Positions 26,239-40,055 of a stretch of 64,000 nucleotides of DNA are shown here, piece after piece (position 1 is the first letter of the stretch; each line of letters begins with the position of its first letter). Both the position numbers and the translations under genes were made by a program. The DNA comes from Psammoneis japonica (taxonomy: Eukaryota). Where the stretch lies: contig QPGO01000077.1 in the NCBI GenBank assembly GCA_008632985.1, positions 248,001 to 312,000 of the forward strand, written 5' to 3'. The notes beneath the pieces are model-generated. The model was given only the letters and a program-made list of their open reading frames with translations. It was not told where the DNA came from and did not search any database.

Positions 26239-29200
26239 CTACGTTGAGAGCTCACATTCAATGGCAGAAAACTGCTCCTTTGTAGCCGCATCTTCCTTCT
26301 TGGAGATTATGTATCGAAGGACGTTCTTGAGGTGCGCCTTTGCATTCGCAACTGCGGGGCCACAGTCGCTCCAATGTTGTTCAAATGCTCTTTAATCAGA
26401 GCAATCAGGCCAGAGATGTACCTATCCTGAATCGCAGGAATCCCTCTCTCAAAAAGTAAAGGTATGCTCGAGAAGATCGACAAAAAGCTCCACGTTTGAA
26501 GGAGACGCCATTGTGGAAGTGTCGGCAAGCTTGAGACCTCGTTGCAAACACTCCAGCACACGCTGTGGGTTCCGATACGGATTCGCGCTCTACAGTCACA
26601 AAGTAAAAAGAGCAATGTCAGTGAAGAAAGGAGACATGTACCATAGCGCAGCCACACTACTCACCTCCGCTTCGAATCGGTAGAACAAATGCGAACAAAG
26701 CGAAACCATTCGACACTGCTCCGGCTTCTTCAGCATCTTTGCTGCGTACTGAGCCATTTTCGTAATGAGGCTCTCATAGTCGTCGTTGCTTATCGACTTA
26801 CAGGCCAACAATGCACCAACCATGGACACAATGCATCGTTGCTGTGCCTTTGAATCACTTATTTCGTCCTCGTGCAAAATGAACGCTTGCGTGACGAGTT
26901 CATATGTAATGGCTCCAAACTCGGCATGTCGTGCTTCGCCATTGTCATCTACACGTGCAAAGCCATCAGCAGCCACGGCAATCTGAAGATAAAGCTTGAG
27001 AGCGACCTCGGCATTGGACCTTGCCAACATGGACACTGTCTTTTGAAGAAATACAAAGATCTTCCGACAACTGAAGCGAGGAACGTTGAGAAAATGTGAG
27101 AGATAAGGATCACGAATCGCGCAAGACGCACGATCGGGAGATCTCCAACTTACCTGATGGATTTGTTAAACGAAGGAGCTGGCGAAGGAACCGGCGCAGC
27201 AACTTCCAACAACGGGTTTGGATCACTTGCTACAGACTCGTTCGTTACCTCTGGCTTTTCTTTGTTTTCGGCTTCTTTGTCCCCATTGCTGTCTTCTAGC
27301 GTAACCTGCTCAATCGGCTTTGCGGCTTCCCGTCTACTCTGGTTTTTCTTCAGGCGCTTCCTCCGTCTTGGCATCGTCCGCGGTTGCTCCTACTTCTGAT
27401 CCGTTTGCTCCTCCGTCCCTTCCGCTTCTACCTTTTCCTCCCCACAGCATCGACAGCGGGTGCAGCTGGTGTCTCGTCCTTATCCCCTGTCTTGTTCTCT
27501 TCCGCGGGTTCTTGTGGAGTGTCTTGGGCTCTTCTTGTGCAGTGTTTTGTGACGACGCAAATTCGAGATCATAGACTCGCGTTACGAGACGCAGTGCCGA
27601 AAAGACAACGGGAACCAAGGTTTGACCGACACGCTTCGTCCCTCCCGTGGCCAAGTGCTTTCGTGCCACGTTCAACATTTCAAACGCAACATCGGTGTCG
27701 TCCGAGTCCATCAAGTGCACCAATTTCGATACCAAGGCGTTTTCCTTTTGCATTGTGGCCGTCGTGTCGGCCGATTCATGAAAGGAAGCACCAAACGACT
27801 GTGGTCCAGAGTTATCGACACCCAAGCCGGCCAACAGATTCGTAGTTCGTTCCACACTGCTAGAATTGTTTGTCGCAGCGGGCGCCGGAGTTGCCTCGTC
27901 TCGAATAATGGGAGCAATGATATTAAACAATTGTTCCATTTGCGCCACATTACTGGGAGTCGTGTTGGATGCGTCAATTGCTTGCACCATGACCATGGCA
28001 ACCTCACGCCGGTTTTCCCACGGCAAGAATGTGAGCAATTCTGAATAACAATCCAATTCCAAAACTTGGAGTGCAAGCGAATCGAGCGGAATGCTCAAAA
28101 GCTTCCCAGCTCCTTGACGGAAACTTCGTCCAGTTCCTTCTTTGTCGTTTCGGTAGTGCTTTCCGGTGCGACACCAAATTCTCCACCGACTTGAGCAAGA
28201 CGTTCCGAGCATGTCTTGAGACTGGCATTGACTTGTTCCATATTTCCGGGATAGCACTTGAGCGAAAAGTTCAAGAGCGCCGTTTGGAGTCGAATCACCT
28301 CCTTGGAATTCAAATGCGGTCCCCGTGCATTGTACACTTGATCGACGCAATCCGAAAAGAGTTTATAGGAATCCAACGCCATGGTCATCTTGACTTGATT
28401 GGTATCCGTCTCGTCCAAGAGCTGCTCGTCGGCATAATAATTGGCGAGCCGGTCCATGAGACTTTGAAGAATGGTACGAATGTTGACCTTTTCACGGAGT
28501 TTGGGACAAACGCCCAAGAGAATGGGGAGCGTTTCAATGTGATACTCGTCGGGAAAGACCTGAATGATGCAATCCATCAAGTACGCTTGTGCGAGCGGAT
28601 CCTTGCACTCGACAATTTGATCGAGAATGGTGGGGAGAATTTTCTCACCATAGATTGTAGAAGTCACATTTTCGAGCTGCGAAAGACGCACCAGATTGGT
28701 CCCCACGAGAATGCGTAACTCGTTGCGTTCCTTTTCGCGCTTTTTCCGCTGTTGCTTGGTCTTTGGATCGCCCGGCAAGTGCTGAATTCGTACCCAAAGT
28801 TTGTTCATTTCTAGAAAATTGGCAAGCACAAAGTCAACCGAGTCCTTGACTGTACCCTGCTGTTGCATTTCATCATCCGTAGTGCTTCCTTCTTCTACAG
28901 TCGTTGTATCGGGCAACTTGTCACGCAGCGCTTGAAGGAGATAATGTCGCAAAAACAATCCGCGCAACGGGCACTGCACACACTTTACGCATTCAATCAA
29001 GTCTTGCAAGATCCACTTGGTTCCCACCTCTTTGGATCGAATCACGGCCGATGCGGCACAAATTTGCAAATAGAGCCTCGACAGTGCACGCGGACAATAC
29101 TGAGAAGCATCGTAAATTTGCTTCATGGTAAAGAGTTGTTGCTGAAAGAAGAAGGAGCATCTTGAGAAGTGAGATTCAAGAGATACTCTTCGAGACTGGG

Positions 29201-29872
29201 CAATTCATCCAACACACGCATATGCAGTTCGTAATAATTCTTTGGATCCAAATTCGACGCATCACTCGTGTCTTGAGAATGATGCGGACTGTACGGATTA
29301 TGGGGGTGATGATGAGCGTGTCGGTGTTCTCCGAGCTGTCCCAGCATGCGCGAGGCCCGGTCCAACACCACGGGCAAGTCGTTGCGATCCATGCCCTGTC
29401 TCATATAATACGCGTGTTCTTGAACTTTGCGTGTCGCATCCGTTAAAATACGAGTTTGCTGTGCCTGCATGGCTGCGGTATGATCGACTGCAGGAGCAGC
29501 ATGAATGACAGAAGAGGGCACGTTTTGCATGGGAGGCATGGGCGCCAGAGCAGCAGCCGCAGATGGTGGTGGTTGCAGGTGCGACGCACCGGAGGCTGCA
29601 TAAGCCTGAGCGGAGCGTTCTGCATATGACTGTGGCTGTTGCTGCGGTGCTGGTGCTGGCTGTGGCGCAGGCTGTGGTGCTGCCGCCATGGCTTGCGTCG
29701 CATACTGCGTAATACTGCCGGCTCCGGGCTGCTGTGCTACTGGCGGATTCGTGCTGTTGTTGTTGTTGGGTGGAGGTGCGACGGGAGGTGGATCCGTCGG
29801 CATGGCCGTTGTCGCTCCATGCTGAGCCGTGGTAAAGCCGTCTCCGGGGAGACCTCCCATGTACCCAGACAT
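26239..29872 (-). CDS. VPS35: Retromer subunit VPS35 (introns plus several apparent indels)
   Basis: Motifs LDPKNYYELHM, PLRGLFLRHYL, LRILVGTNLVRLSQLE, LAQAYLMDCIIQVFPDEYH, LKKPEQCR and RVLECLQRGLKLAD. Confidence 0.93.
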
Positions 29873-30139
29873 GATTGTGCTCTTGTTGTTGTCGTATGCC
29901 GCTTCAGATGATCTATCCTGTTGTCTCTGTTGTTTCTCAGGTAGGTCGTGCCCAAGGATTTATAAGTCTGTCAGGATGTACAAGCTCCGGTACAAATCTA
30001 CGCACGAGCCTGTTGCCATGCGTGGTACGAACACCGTTAAAATTTGTACTTCGTTTTACGGCAGTCTACGTAGGGCTTCTGACGGGACGAACTTATCATT
30101 TATAAATATGCATGCACAAATATCATAGATACCTCGAAG

Positions 30140-30222
30140 ACGAAACGTGATGGAGGGGAGAAAACAGACGGCACACGAAACGTGATGGAGGGGGGATAAC
30201 AGACGGCACGAAATGTGATGGT
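30140..30222 (+). repeat. About 35-bp tandem repeat (about 2.4 copies)
   Basis: acgaaacgtgatggagggg...aacagacggcac twice, plus a partial third copy acgaaatgtgatgg. Confidence 0.85.
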
Positions 30223-32420
30223 ATGGTATGGGGCTACGACTAGCATAAAATGCAATATGATATAACAATTGACATATAAAAAAACATTGATATGATTTAT
30301 TAATGACGTATATACAAGAATGTTGAATGACTGCATATGACTTTTTGTGTAAGATTTGTACTGTTCTACGCACTTAACGAACAAAATACTGAGGCAATAC
30401 ATAGAATGACTCTTCTTAAGTACGAATTCAAATGAAGGTCATGCCCACGCCCGCCACGCCATTTAATCAAACATTCGAGCATAGATGAAGTATTATTCAA
30501 AGACGGAGTTGACAAAACGGAGTATCGACGGTTGAATGTGTAACATCTACAAAAACATCTAAATAGTTGAAAAGTATAGACTTTTGTGAGACATTTGTTT
30601 ATGTAACACATGCAAAACCTGCTATTTGTTTTGGCAAGAACCGTTATCGTTAAATAAAGGGGTACATAAAATCAAATACAAAATGTCTGACCGGTATAAC
30701 AGGTACGTTTATGCTAGTCGTAGCCTCATACGGTAGGTGCGTGGCGTGGATGAAGACAGAGACACGAAATGGAATTTCAAAAATCATAGCTCTAAAATCT
30801 GCCGCCGATTGCCAATCAACCCAATGACTGATTGATTGTTGTAACAATGAGTGATGATGTATGCTGCTGTATTTCGCCAAATTGTCATGTGTTTCGACAA
30901 GCGCTGATTCACGCTAATGATCCACTTTGGGGTCGCCCGCTGGCAAGGATACGCGTGACGCAAAACACACGATGCAAGCGTCTCGTCCAAAGCATTGTCC
31001 ATTACTTGAAGCCCGAGAGAAGCACTAAAATTTTATGCATTGCCCCTCATCACTGGCCAAGAATCAAAAATAAGACACCACCTAGATGGGAAAGATAGAG
31101 ATGGAGAATGATATTGTTAGTTTGTTTGTCATGCCGGTACTGTAAATGCATGATGCATCAATACTGCTTTAAATGTAAACATACCTTATTGTACACATCC
31201 TTCAGAAGTAAACTGCACGAGATTCCAGCCCGCTCGCTCGCATTCCAATCGCAGAGTCTCCACGCCACCAAGATTTACCCCAGTTTTCGGTCCCCGAACC
31301 CCGAACGAGGGAGTACTACTAACCGGCACTCGGCAAGGTCATGGACGTCAATATCCAACCCATTGCACATTATAATTGTCATTATTCGTGAAAGTATCAA
31401 CTGTAGCTTGCTTGGTTCAGTCCAAAAGAGAGCGTAGGACACACCACAGCCCCGTTCCGATATAAGGAAGAACATGAGTTGAAAAGAAATGGTGTCGACA
31501 CCGACACGAAACTATGAGATATTGTTCGTCCGTAGGGGTGATACGTTGCTCAACAGCTTCTCTATATGAGTTATAAAGACGAACATGTCAAACAAAATGA
31601 GTGAGATGCCGAAACAAAAGCACAATATAATTCGATTGCGACAGAGAGCGATAATGAGTCTCGAACCGTGGTGTCAATACAAAATCCTTTTTTCACCTTA
31701 CAATTGGCCGCTTACCTTCGAAAAAGCAACATAAGCTGTTTCTATATGGAGATAAAGACTAGCAGATAGCGTTGGTACTGTTGAAAGGATCGTCAATAGT
31801 CTAATAAGCGGCGCTCCGATTATCATGGTGTGTGGTGCTTTGATGAAAATGATGCGCGATCCCCTTGAAAAAATGAGGATATACAAAATATACATAAATT
31901 AATATATTTTAACGGCGGAGTTCGCACCGTCAAGATTACTTAGAGGCTGGTGACCACGCATGGCAACACGCGTTCTACGCAGCTTGTACATCCTGACAGA
32001 CTTATAAATCCTTGGTCGTGCCGAACCTTTTGCTTTGTGCACTTCCTCAGAACCCATACTATGTATTTTCAGAAAAGCGAGCTCGAAAGGATTGCGTTGC
32101 TTGTAGTATACTTCTTGCTATTTTTGAGCGAACTGGGCATCTTTCTCTTAAAGCGATAACACTTCTACTGATGACTACGTAGGTCTACACACTGTACTCT
32201 TCACGTACACTTGTACGTGGCGAACGCGCAAACGCCGATGCGCAAATCTTTGCATCGCGTCGCCAACAAAGACCATGTTGAGAGCCGCTACAGCGTCCGT
32301 TGCCAAGAGGGCAGTCCTCCACTCATCACGGGGGTGCGTATTCCATATTATTGTTGTAGATTATTTGTGATTGATGTCGAGTGTCATTTCGAAAGAAGAA
32401 CAAAGCCGACGTATCGGTCC

Positions 32421-33440
32421 ATGGCAAGCATGTGCGGACGACGGTTCGCGTTGATTTCTACGTGGTAGTCTGGCTGGCGTCGGTCGTCGCGGTACAACCT
32501 GCGTGAATTCAAAAATGGTTTCCCGCACTTCATTGCAGCAACTCCTTGCTTTTCCGATACTTACGTCTCTTTATTCCTCTTCCATACTACACAGAGCTCC
32601 CTCTTGTGCGGTTCCTCATTTCTTCCACGCTTCTGCCAAGCGACAAGACGAGACTGCCGAAAAGGCTGCAGTCAAGGAGTCAAAAGGTGGACTCTTTGGA
32701 ACGGGTCTCTCGGAATGGTTTGCTCTTCCAATTGGTATTACGTTCGCCATTCCTGTTATCCAGTACGAGTGGTATGTGATTAACGAGGAGACCCAACTCA
32801 TGGCGGTCTTTATTGCCTTTTGCGTCACTCTCTACACCCAAGCCGGTGATGCCATTTACCAGAGTCTCGACGCCAAGGCTCAAGAGCTGTTGAAGGAACA
32901 CCGCGATGTCGAAGACAAGGTGATTGAAGCCTTGGAGCAGAAGCTCGACTCGCTCAAGGCCAACCAAACCATGGTGCAAGACTTTGAAGCCATTAACGAA
33001 ATGCGTGCTGACGCATACGCCAATCTCAATGCCGCCGGTGCCATCAAGCCCAAGCACGACTTTAAGGCTCAAGTTGAAAAGGTTTGGCCATGATTGCCGC
33101 CGAGGAAGCCAGTGTGAAGGAAAAGAAAAAGGTGGCGCTCATGGAGGAAGCCACGGAGAGCGTGACAAAGCTGTTTGCGTCCGACAAGGCTCTCAAGAAA
33201 AAGGCGCTCGACTCGGCCATTGCGAGCATCAAGGGCGCTGCGGCTGGAGGCGGCGATCCCGTGCAAGCGGCCTTTGTTCAGTTTTTCAAAGACAAGGCGG
33301 CTGCTGCGAAAAAGGCGGACGATGGCAGTGAGGAAAAGGCCCAACGAGAAGCCATGATTGCCAAGATCAATGGCGTGGCCAAGAGCGAAGGATTCTTTTT
33401 CCAATTTGATGAGAGCGGCAAGCCGAAAATGACTGTCTAA
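32421..33440 (+). CDS. Mitochondrial ATP synthase F0 subunit b-like (5' exon uncertain; apparent 1-nt deletion near 33083)
   Basis: Transit-like FFHASAKRQ, then WFALPIGITFAIPVIQYEWYVINEETQL plus a second TM segment and a long coiled coil continuing in ORF 33084-33440. Confidence 0.75.
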
Positions 33441-33495
33441 GAGTAGAAACCAATTTTACTGTAGAACAGTAAAAGAGTATAATGTAAATTATTTT

Positions 33496-34501
33496 TTACA
33501 ACTGCGCAACAAAAGACGGCTTGACTGCAAGCGACCCCTCGTTTTCAATCACTTGATCAATCAGTCCATACTCGACCGCTTCTTTTGGCTGCAAGTACTT
33601 GACACGCGCACAGTCCTCCATCACGGTCGACACTGGCTTTCCACACGCCGACGCAATGAGCTCACAGGTTGTTTTTCGATTGTGCGCCACTTCCCGTGCC
33701 TTGATGGCAATGTCGGACGCTTGTCCCCGTGCCATGCTGCGTGGTTGATTTAACAGAATCGTGGCATTGGGAAGAGCAAATCGCTGTCCGCGTTTGCCCT
33801 GCGACAAGAGCATGGCAGCCGCACCAAAGGCTTGTCCGAGTGCCACCGTATGAACCGGGGGTCGTACGTACTTCATGACATCGGCAATGGCAAAGGCTTC
33901 TGTTTCAAACCCAACGCTCTTGCCATCGGCCGTCGTGGTGCCACTGGAATTGATATACATGGTGATGGGGTCCGTGGTGGATTCGTAATTTAAATACAGC
34001 AATTCAGCAATGACTAATTCCGTTACGGCGGGTACGAGGGGCATGCCAATGTAGACAATACGATTGTGTAACAACAGTGAAGGAAGATCTGGTGGAGGTC
34101 CGATGCGGACGCCTGAAACAAGTGAGCGAAAAGTGAATCATGTGAGAAAAAGTGAGAGAAACAGTTTCACAAGAACACAAGCTGGACAATAGGGCGACTA
34201 CAAGTCAAAACAATAAACTTAAGTCGGTTCAAACGGAATCTCGTTTCGCCCACACGCTAAAAGTTCCCCGAGACCTGAGCAAGAACGAAAAAAATGAGGC
34301 CACGTAGAAATTACGTACCCTCGTAGTACTCTTCCCGTAGGCTTTCTCGGCACCTCCGGCAACCATATTCATGGGCGGTCTCCAAATCCCCTTGCCCGAT
34401 TCTTGCTGCAATTGTTTGGGTACAAAGGCTTTAGGAGAAAAGGCATTTGCGGACATTACTGTCGCCGCCAAACACAGCGCCGCGGCTTTCAAATTGACCA
34501 T
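33496..34501 (-). CDS. clpR: Plastid ClpR (non-catalytic ClpP-like subunit); intron about 34113-34318
   Basis: Bipartite targeting (signal ending ANA-FSP). Motifs PPDLPSLLLHNRIVYIGMPL and MYINSSG. Catalytic Ser and His are replaced (GQAFGAAA; LLNQP). Confidence 0.88.
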
Positions 34502-34799
34502 GGTGATGAGAAGAGATGGCAGTCAAAATTAAATCAGTGAGACAGATTTCGAACCGGCGGAATCACTAAAATATTTATTGAATCTTAGAGCGCGACTATG
34601 GATAACGAAAACCTTTTCATGTTCGCGCTCTTCGAAACCATAAGTCAATACGGAGTCCCATGAAGAATTCCACGTGGCGAGACCGGCTGGATGGATTTCG
34701 GATCGATGACGTCAACAATTCTGTGAGCTAAAAATGGCGGAAAGCCACAATTTGTTAGCGTGCGAGTTCCGAAGAGCGAGGAGTCTAGACTTGCTGCCA

Positions 34800-36470
34800 A
34801 GTGCACCCCAACATTGACCATGTTCATAGAGCTGCTTCATGGTTCCAACAAAGACACTTCTCTCCAGTGTCTTGGGTCATCAGGAGCTTCCCCGCCAAAG
34901 ACAACAGATTTTGTTTTTTGTGGGAGGGGCGGGAGTTGGGCCAGCAACCCCTGCTCAGACAATTCACGCAACCAGGGTTGGCGCCATTGCAATTTGTGGC
35001 TGCATGTTTGCTGCACATTCTTCAGATGCTTCTAAAATCAAATTGACTTGTCTGTTTCTGGGGTGAAGCAGACACGACATGGTCCAGGCCCAGTGCTCCT
35101 CGGGGCTGTGGGGTGGCTGTGCAGTGTGGCTGCTCTCACTCTCAGCCCTGTTGAGATGTGCATGCGGCCTTGGGAGTCATGCCAACATGGCTCCTTTTTG
35201 GCATTGTCATTTGTCACAATGTCAGCCGGGAGTCTCTTGAGACTTCACAGAGGCCCGGTGTTGATGGCAGCAGCTTCTGTTTGTGCTCAGCAGCGCCGCT
35301 TGCGATGACCAGGTCCAACAAAATGCAAATGTGAAGATCTGTGCTTGGTGCAAGTCAGCAGTTGAAGGGCTTGTCACTCAGGAGCCACTCATGCTGTCCC
35401 ATGCATCCAGCGCTGGGAAGGAGAAAAGCGAAGGAGCTTTCACATTGTCTCTGGCACCAAAAAACTTTGTTCTGTCTCAGAGCATGATTGCGCCACATCG
35501 ACGGCCATGTCTTCCTTTTTCCCTTGTCGACCCAGCTTCAAACACAATCTCAATCAGGAGTTGTTGAAGATGCAGCAATCAATCTCAATGGTGTGGCATG
35601 CCTGCACCTCATTTCCTTTTTGTCATCATCACAAAAGCGAAACACCCTCATGTCTGCTGTTGAGAAATGTGCCAAGAGATGGGAACATGACAGAGAACTT
35701 AAAAATGTTGTTGCTTTGCTGTGGGAGAAACATCTCAAAAGCTGATTCAATGTCAAGCCCCTTTCTGGATGCAGCAGTTGCTGTGGCAATGTGAGTGACA
35801 GAGCAGCCAGCAGCCCTGTTGTTTTCCTTGACCAGAAGTGACTGTCCTCAAGAGTCTGCTGTGGCAGCACAAAATGGTTTGTCAACATGGTGCTCACATT
35901 GAGCATCTCAACACCATTTTCTTTTTCACACAGGGCCCACTTGCATGGCTGCAGCTGGTGTGGCAAAATGGTGAAATTGCAAGGACTTGCTGCCGTGCAA
36001 ATGCTTTGCCACAGGTTTTTGATTCACACTTCATCTTTGATGTCAATGACTGCATCAAACAACCAATCAGTCGTTGCTGGTGCAGTCCTTCTGTCTCACC
36101 CACACTTCATTGCTCATGATGGTGGTTGTTGTTGTTGCAGTGCTGGGATGTCTTCACACTGTGACTTTTCACAGACTCGTTCTGCACTCCCATCCCAATT
36201 GTTGGGCTCACAGAACAAATGTCAAGGTTGGCGGTTCTAGACAATTTGGCAGGTCTTACTTGGGGTGGAAATCAAGTTGTTTCTTGCACTGCAGTGATGG
36301 TGGTGATCAGACAGGCCCTGGTGGGAATCAAGATCTTCCTCCGATGATGATTGCACGCTCTCTCTCTCTCTGTCTTGAGACAGGAAAAGAAAAGAAGACG
36401 CTTGCCCTTTTTGGCATCTGGCAGTTTGCTTTTCCCCTGTCACCGACATTCAACTATTTCGCCGATGACA
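34800..36470. mobile_element. TpA-depleted degenerate insertion, probable transposon relic
   Basis: Same composition signature as the identified TE relics. No convincing domain readable. Confidence 0.45.
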
Positions 36471-36818
36471 CAACTGCTCCAACGGCACGGCTTGCTTAAA
36501 ACAACAGACAACTCGTTCGGCTTCTTTTTCCTTCGTCTTGTTGCCATTTCCTTTCTAGCACCTGTTTGGTCCGCTTGCCAAAATTAAGTTGACGCAGCAA
36601 AGCAGACATTTACGTGTTCTCGCGATTGACGAAAACCAGAACGAAGCAAGAATTACAGATGCGTGAGATCATGGCGAGAGCAACTATACTCTCTAGGGGT
36701 ACAGAGAGAATGATTTATGACAGTTGATAGTCCTCGAGACAACAAGTACTACCATGCTCTATCATATAAACAAGTATTATAGAGTAGTTCAATCCCCCTA
36801 TGAGACAATGAAAACGTA

Positions 36819-37561
36819 TCAAAGCTTTTGATAAAACACCAGGTTGGAGACCATCACGTCCGGGCAATCTTCGTTGATGTGCTGTTGAAGGTGGATACCC
36901 ATATACATTCCAAAAGTCGTGCTCGAAGTGGTACTCGAAGTCGTGGCATGCCCTCCGCCTGCGTCCCCGTCGTCTGGGTTGCATGTGGTTCCACAATCTG
37001 CATCTCCAACCAAGTCTGTCGCCCAATTTCGGCGTCTCTTTTTCCTTCGCAAGGACCGGGCATTAAAATTATCACCCGTCCCCGTCGCCATGATTTCGGT
37101 GCCTCCTTGAGTTGTGGGATACGAAGAAGTTGTAAGCGCCGTTTCGAAGGTTCCTTGAGTTTCGCCGAAAGAAAATACCTTAATCACGGCAGTCTCTGAG
37201 TTATTCTTCACGTACAGCACAATTTTATTGTCACTGTCAATGTGATGAGTGAGCTTTTTGATTTTCCACGGGTCGACAATGTCATCGCGGTTCAATTCCT
37301 CGACCGTGTACTTCTGGACAAGTTGATCCATGTGCGTTGCCATGGACAACTCCATGCACATAATGACGTCGTTTCTGGACCAACGTCGGTGTCTTGAGGG
37401 CTGCCTTCTTCCACATCCTGTTCGACCACCATGTCAATCTTGTACTTTGCGTTGGGCGAAGTCAGCGGTATTCCTGTTTTGGGAGTCAAAAGCGCTACAT
37501 CAAAAGCATGACTTCCAGCTGCAAACAGTGAAGCGAACAAGACAGTAAGAGGGCGAAACAT
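36819..37561 (-). CDS. Secreted protein, paralog 1 (apparent frameshift near 37375)
   Basis: Signal peptide MFRPLTVLFASLFAAGSHAF. KYKIDMVVEQDVEEGSPQDTDVGP...RSLRRKKRRRNWATDLVGDADCGTTCNPDDGD is shared with paralog 2. Confidence 0.75.
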
Positions 37562-38552
37562 TGTTGCGATTGATGCTGATCGATTGATCGATCGACGATA
37601 CGGTAGATATGTGATAGCCTAGAAAGGATGACGGTTTTCTCAACACGGGATTGTGATTCTAGACTATGGTAGTTGTTGGTCATTAAGGTCAGTGCGTGAA
37701 TGAAACAATCGGGGCTTAAAAATGAAGGGCAATGGAGCCAAAAAGTTTGTGCCATGACTCGACATTTTCCAAAGATCAGGGCTTAATTGTAGAATGTCTT
37801 GCAGATGCTGATTCTATCAGTCATTCCCTGAACTTCCATCAGTATTGTCGATTATGTACCTTCGACATCGTTTGGAAATATTAGCAGAGAGGTAAAGGCT
37901 TATCATAGGGCACATGAGACGATTGTTTTGTGACTCACTCGTCATTGTGCTAGCTTCAAGCTGAAGGGCGTGTCCAGGAGTCGTCAACTCGCACCGGAAC
38001 CTTCGGTACGGTGCTCGCTCTCTATCGGTAGAGCCCTACTTAGTCTACTCTACTACTAGTAGAGAGAGGAAGCCGTGCTACTAGAGACCTCTATAGGCTA
38101 GCTAGAGATAAGGATCCTTTGAATGAACCAGTATCTGCTATCTTTTGCTGCATCTTTCTTTTAGGTATTATTGGCGATCGCTAGGGGGACAAATCTAACC
38201 TTATCTGTCTTTGCGCTCTTTGGAGAGGTAGAGGTGCTCTCTGTATAGCTAGCGTGGCAAACGACACGATACTACTAGTAGTAGAATGAAGAGACTGGAG
38301 AGAATTCAAATCATGCTAAGAGTAACAGCATGAAACAGACACGGAGACCAAGCAATCTATCGTTGATCTTACACTCGCTCACTAGCATAGAGACTAACGA
38401 CACGCCGACAGTCTCTACCTACATAGAGTTTAGAACGGAAGAAATGTGGGAAACATTGCTTTTCTTTCAAGTTACGATATTCGTATATATTTTAGTCCCC
38501 ATTGAAAGTCTTCTGTACATGGAAGTGTGCTATAACAGGCACAAGTAAAGAA

Positions 38553-39463
38553 TCAAAACTTCTGATAGAACGTCGTGTTTGAGACCGTCACGTTCCAGTC
38601 CGCGCAGTCTTTCGTGATGAATGTTTCGAGGTTGGTACCCATGTACGTTTCAAAGGACGTAGTGGCTCCAAGAGCACGAAGGGCTCGTCGTCCTCCATCG
38701 CCATCGTCTGGGTTACACGTAGTTCCACAGTCTGCATCTCCCACCAAGTCAGTGGCCCACTGTCGATTCCTCCTCCTCCTCAAGGACCGAACATTTGTGG
38801 TCGCGTTTCTGTCTCCGCCCGACGTCGTCGTGGCAAATGGAGAGGTCAGTAATGGCGTTTCAGTAGTCTCTTGGATTGAGCCCTGAGAAAACACCTTAAC
38901 GACGGCCTTCTTCGTGGCATTTTTGCGTCGTCTTTCACGTACAACACAATTTTCTTGTCACTATCGATATGATGCGTGAGCTTTTGAAGTTCCCATGGGT
39001 CCACGATGTCCTGACGTTTCTTTTTGTCCACAGCATATTTCTTGACCATGTCATCCATATGTGTTGCCATGGACAACTCAATACACATAATGACGTCTTT
39101 GTCCGGACCAACATCCGTGTCTTGAGGACTTCCTTCTTCCACCTCCTGGTCGACCACCATTTCTATCTTGTACTGTGCGGTGGGCGACGCGGCCGTCGGT
39201 GGGTCTGTTTTGTACGCTACACCTGCAGTAGACGATGCCGTAGGCTCGGTGGTCAAGTCGGCTGTGGGACTATCGGTGACCGGCGATGGCGTCAGAGCTA
39301 CTGGGCTGTAGGTGACCTGAGCTACAGGTGCTGTTGTTGGAACCGCTACAGGACTGTAGGTGACCTGAGCTGCAGGTGCTGATGTTGGAAACGCCTCACC
39401 AAAAGGATGGTATCCAGCAATCATCAGTGAAACCAAAATCAAATCAACTGGACGAAACACCAT
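38553..39463 (-). CDS. Secreted protein, paralog 2 with PT-rich linker (apparent frameshift near 38905)
   Basis: Signal peptide and a TAPVAQVTYSPVA repeat. Near-identical core to 36819-37561. Confidence 0.75.
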
Positions 39464-40055
39464 GGTGATTGCTTATCGATCGATAAAGAGATGAATATAA
39501 TGGCCTCAATAGTCCAAATTGTGAGGTCTACGAGTGTGTTTAGTGCGACAAATTTTGGGTTTTGAGTGAGTACTACGCACCACGTTTCCTACGATGTAGT
39601 CTAGCAAAGACAATTCGTGCACGGTCACGACTTTTGTGACCGTTTTCGCCTGTCGCGGGGGCTTATTTGACGCGACTATGCCTACGAGTAATCCAAGGGC
39701 TTATGTGTTTCGAAAATGACTTAGGCGCAAATCCACCGGACTGACGCGGTTTCGTCACACTACTCTACTAAGGCAGGACCTACACCAGCCAGTAGAGAGA
39801 AGTTGGTCTCTATTCTCTACTAGTCGTAGCTAAGCAGAGGTAGCAAAAGGGTTTTCCTAGCTCTAGAGAGACTACAGCTTGAGATGAAATCACATCCACC
39901 CTTTTTAATAGGAACACAAGCTAGCAAGACACGCACAGAGTAAAGAGGAGATTATCTCAAGGCACATCGTGCGCAGCGGGGCTTGCTCGCCGAGTTCTAT
40001 TTACTTCTACTACTACCATACACTACTTTTCAATTTGCCAATTACCACCCCTACT

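Noticed and set aside
30140..30222. CRISPR-like array
   Set aside because: Adjacent tandem units with no unique spacers, eukaryotic context and no cas genes.
38030..38300. CTAG/TAG-rich low-complexity tracts (also near 10975, 18480 and 39800)
   Set aside because: They recur in intergenic DNA, but I cannot define a motif or function from the sequence alone.
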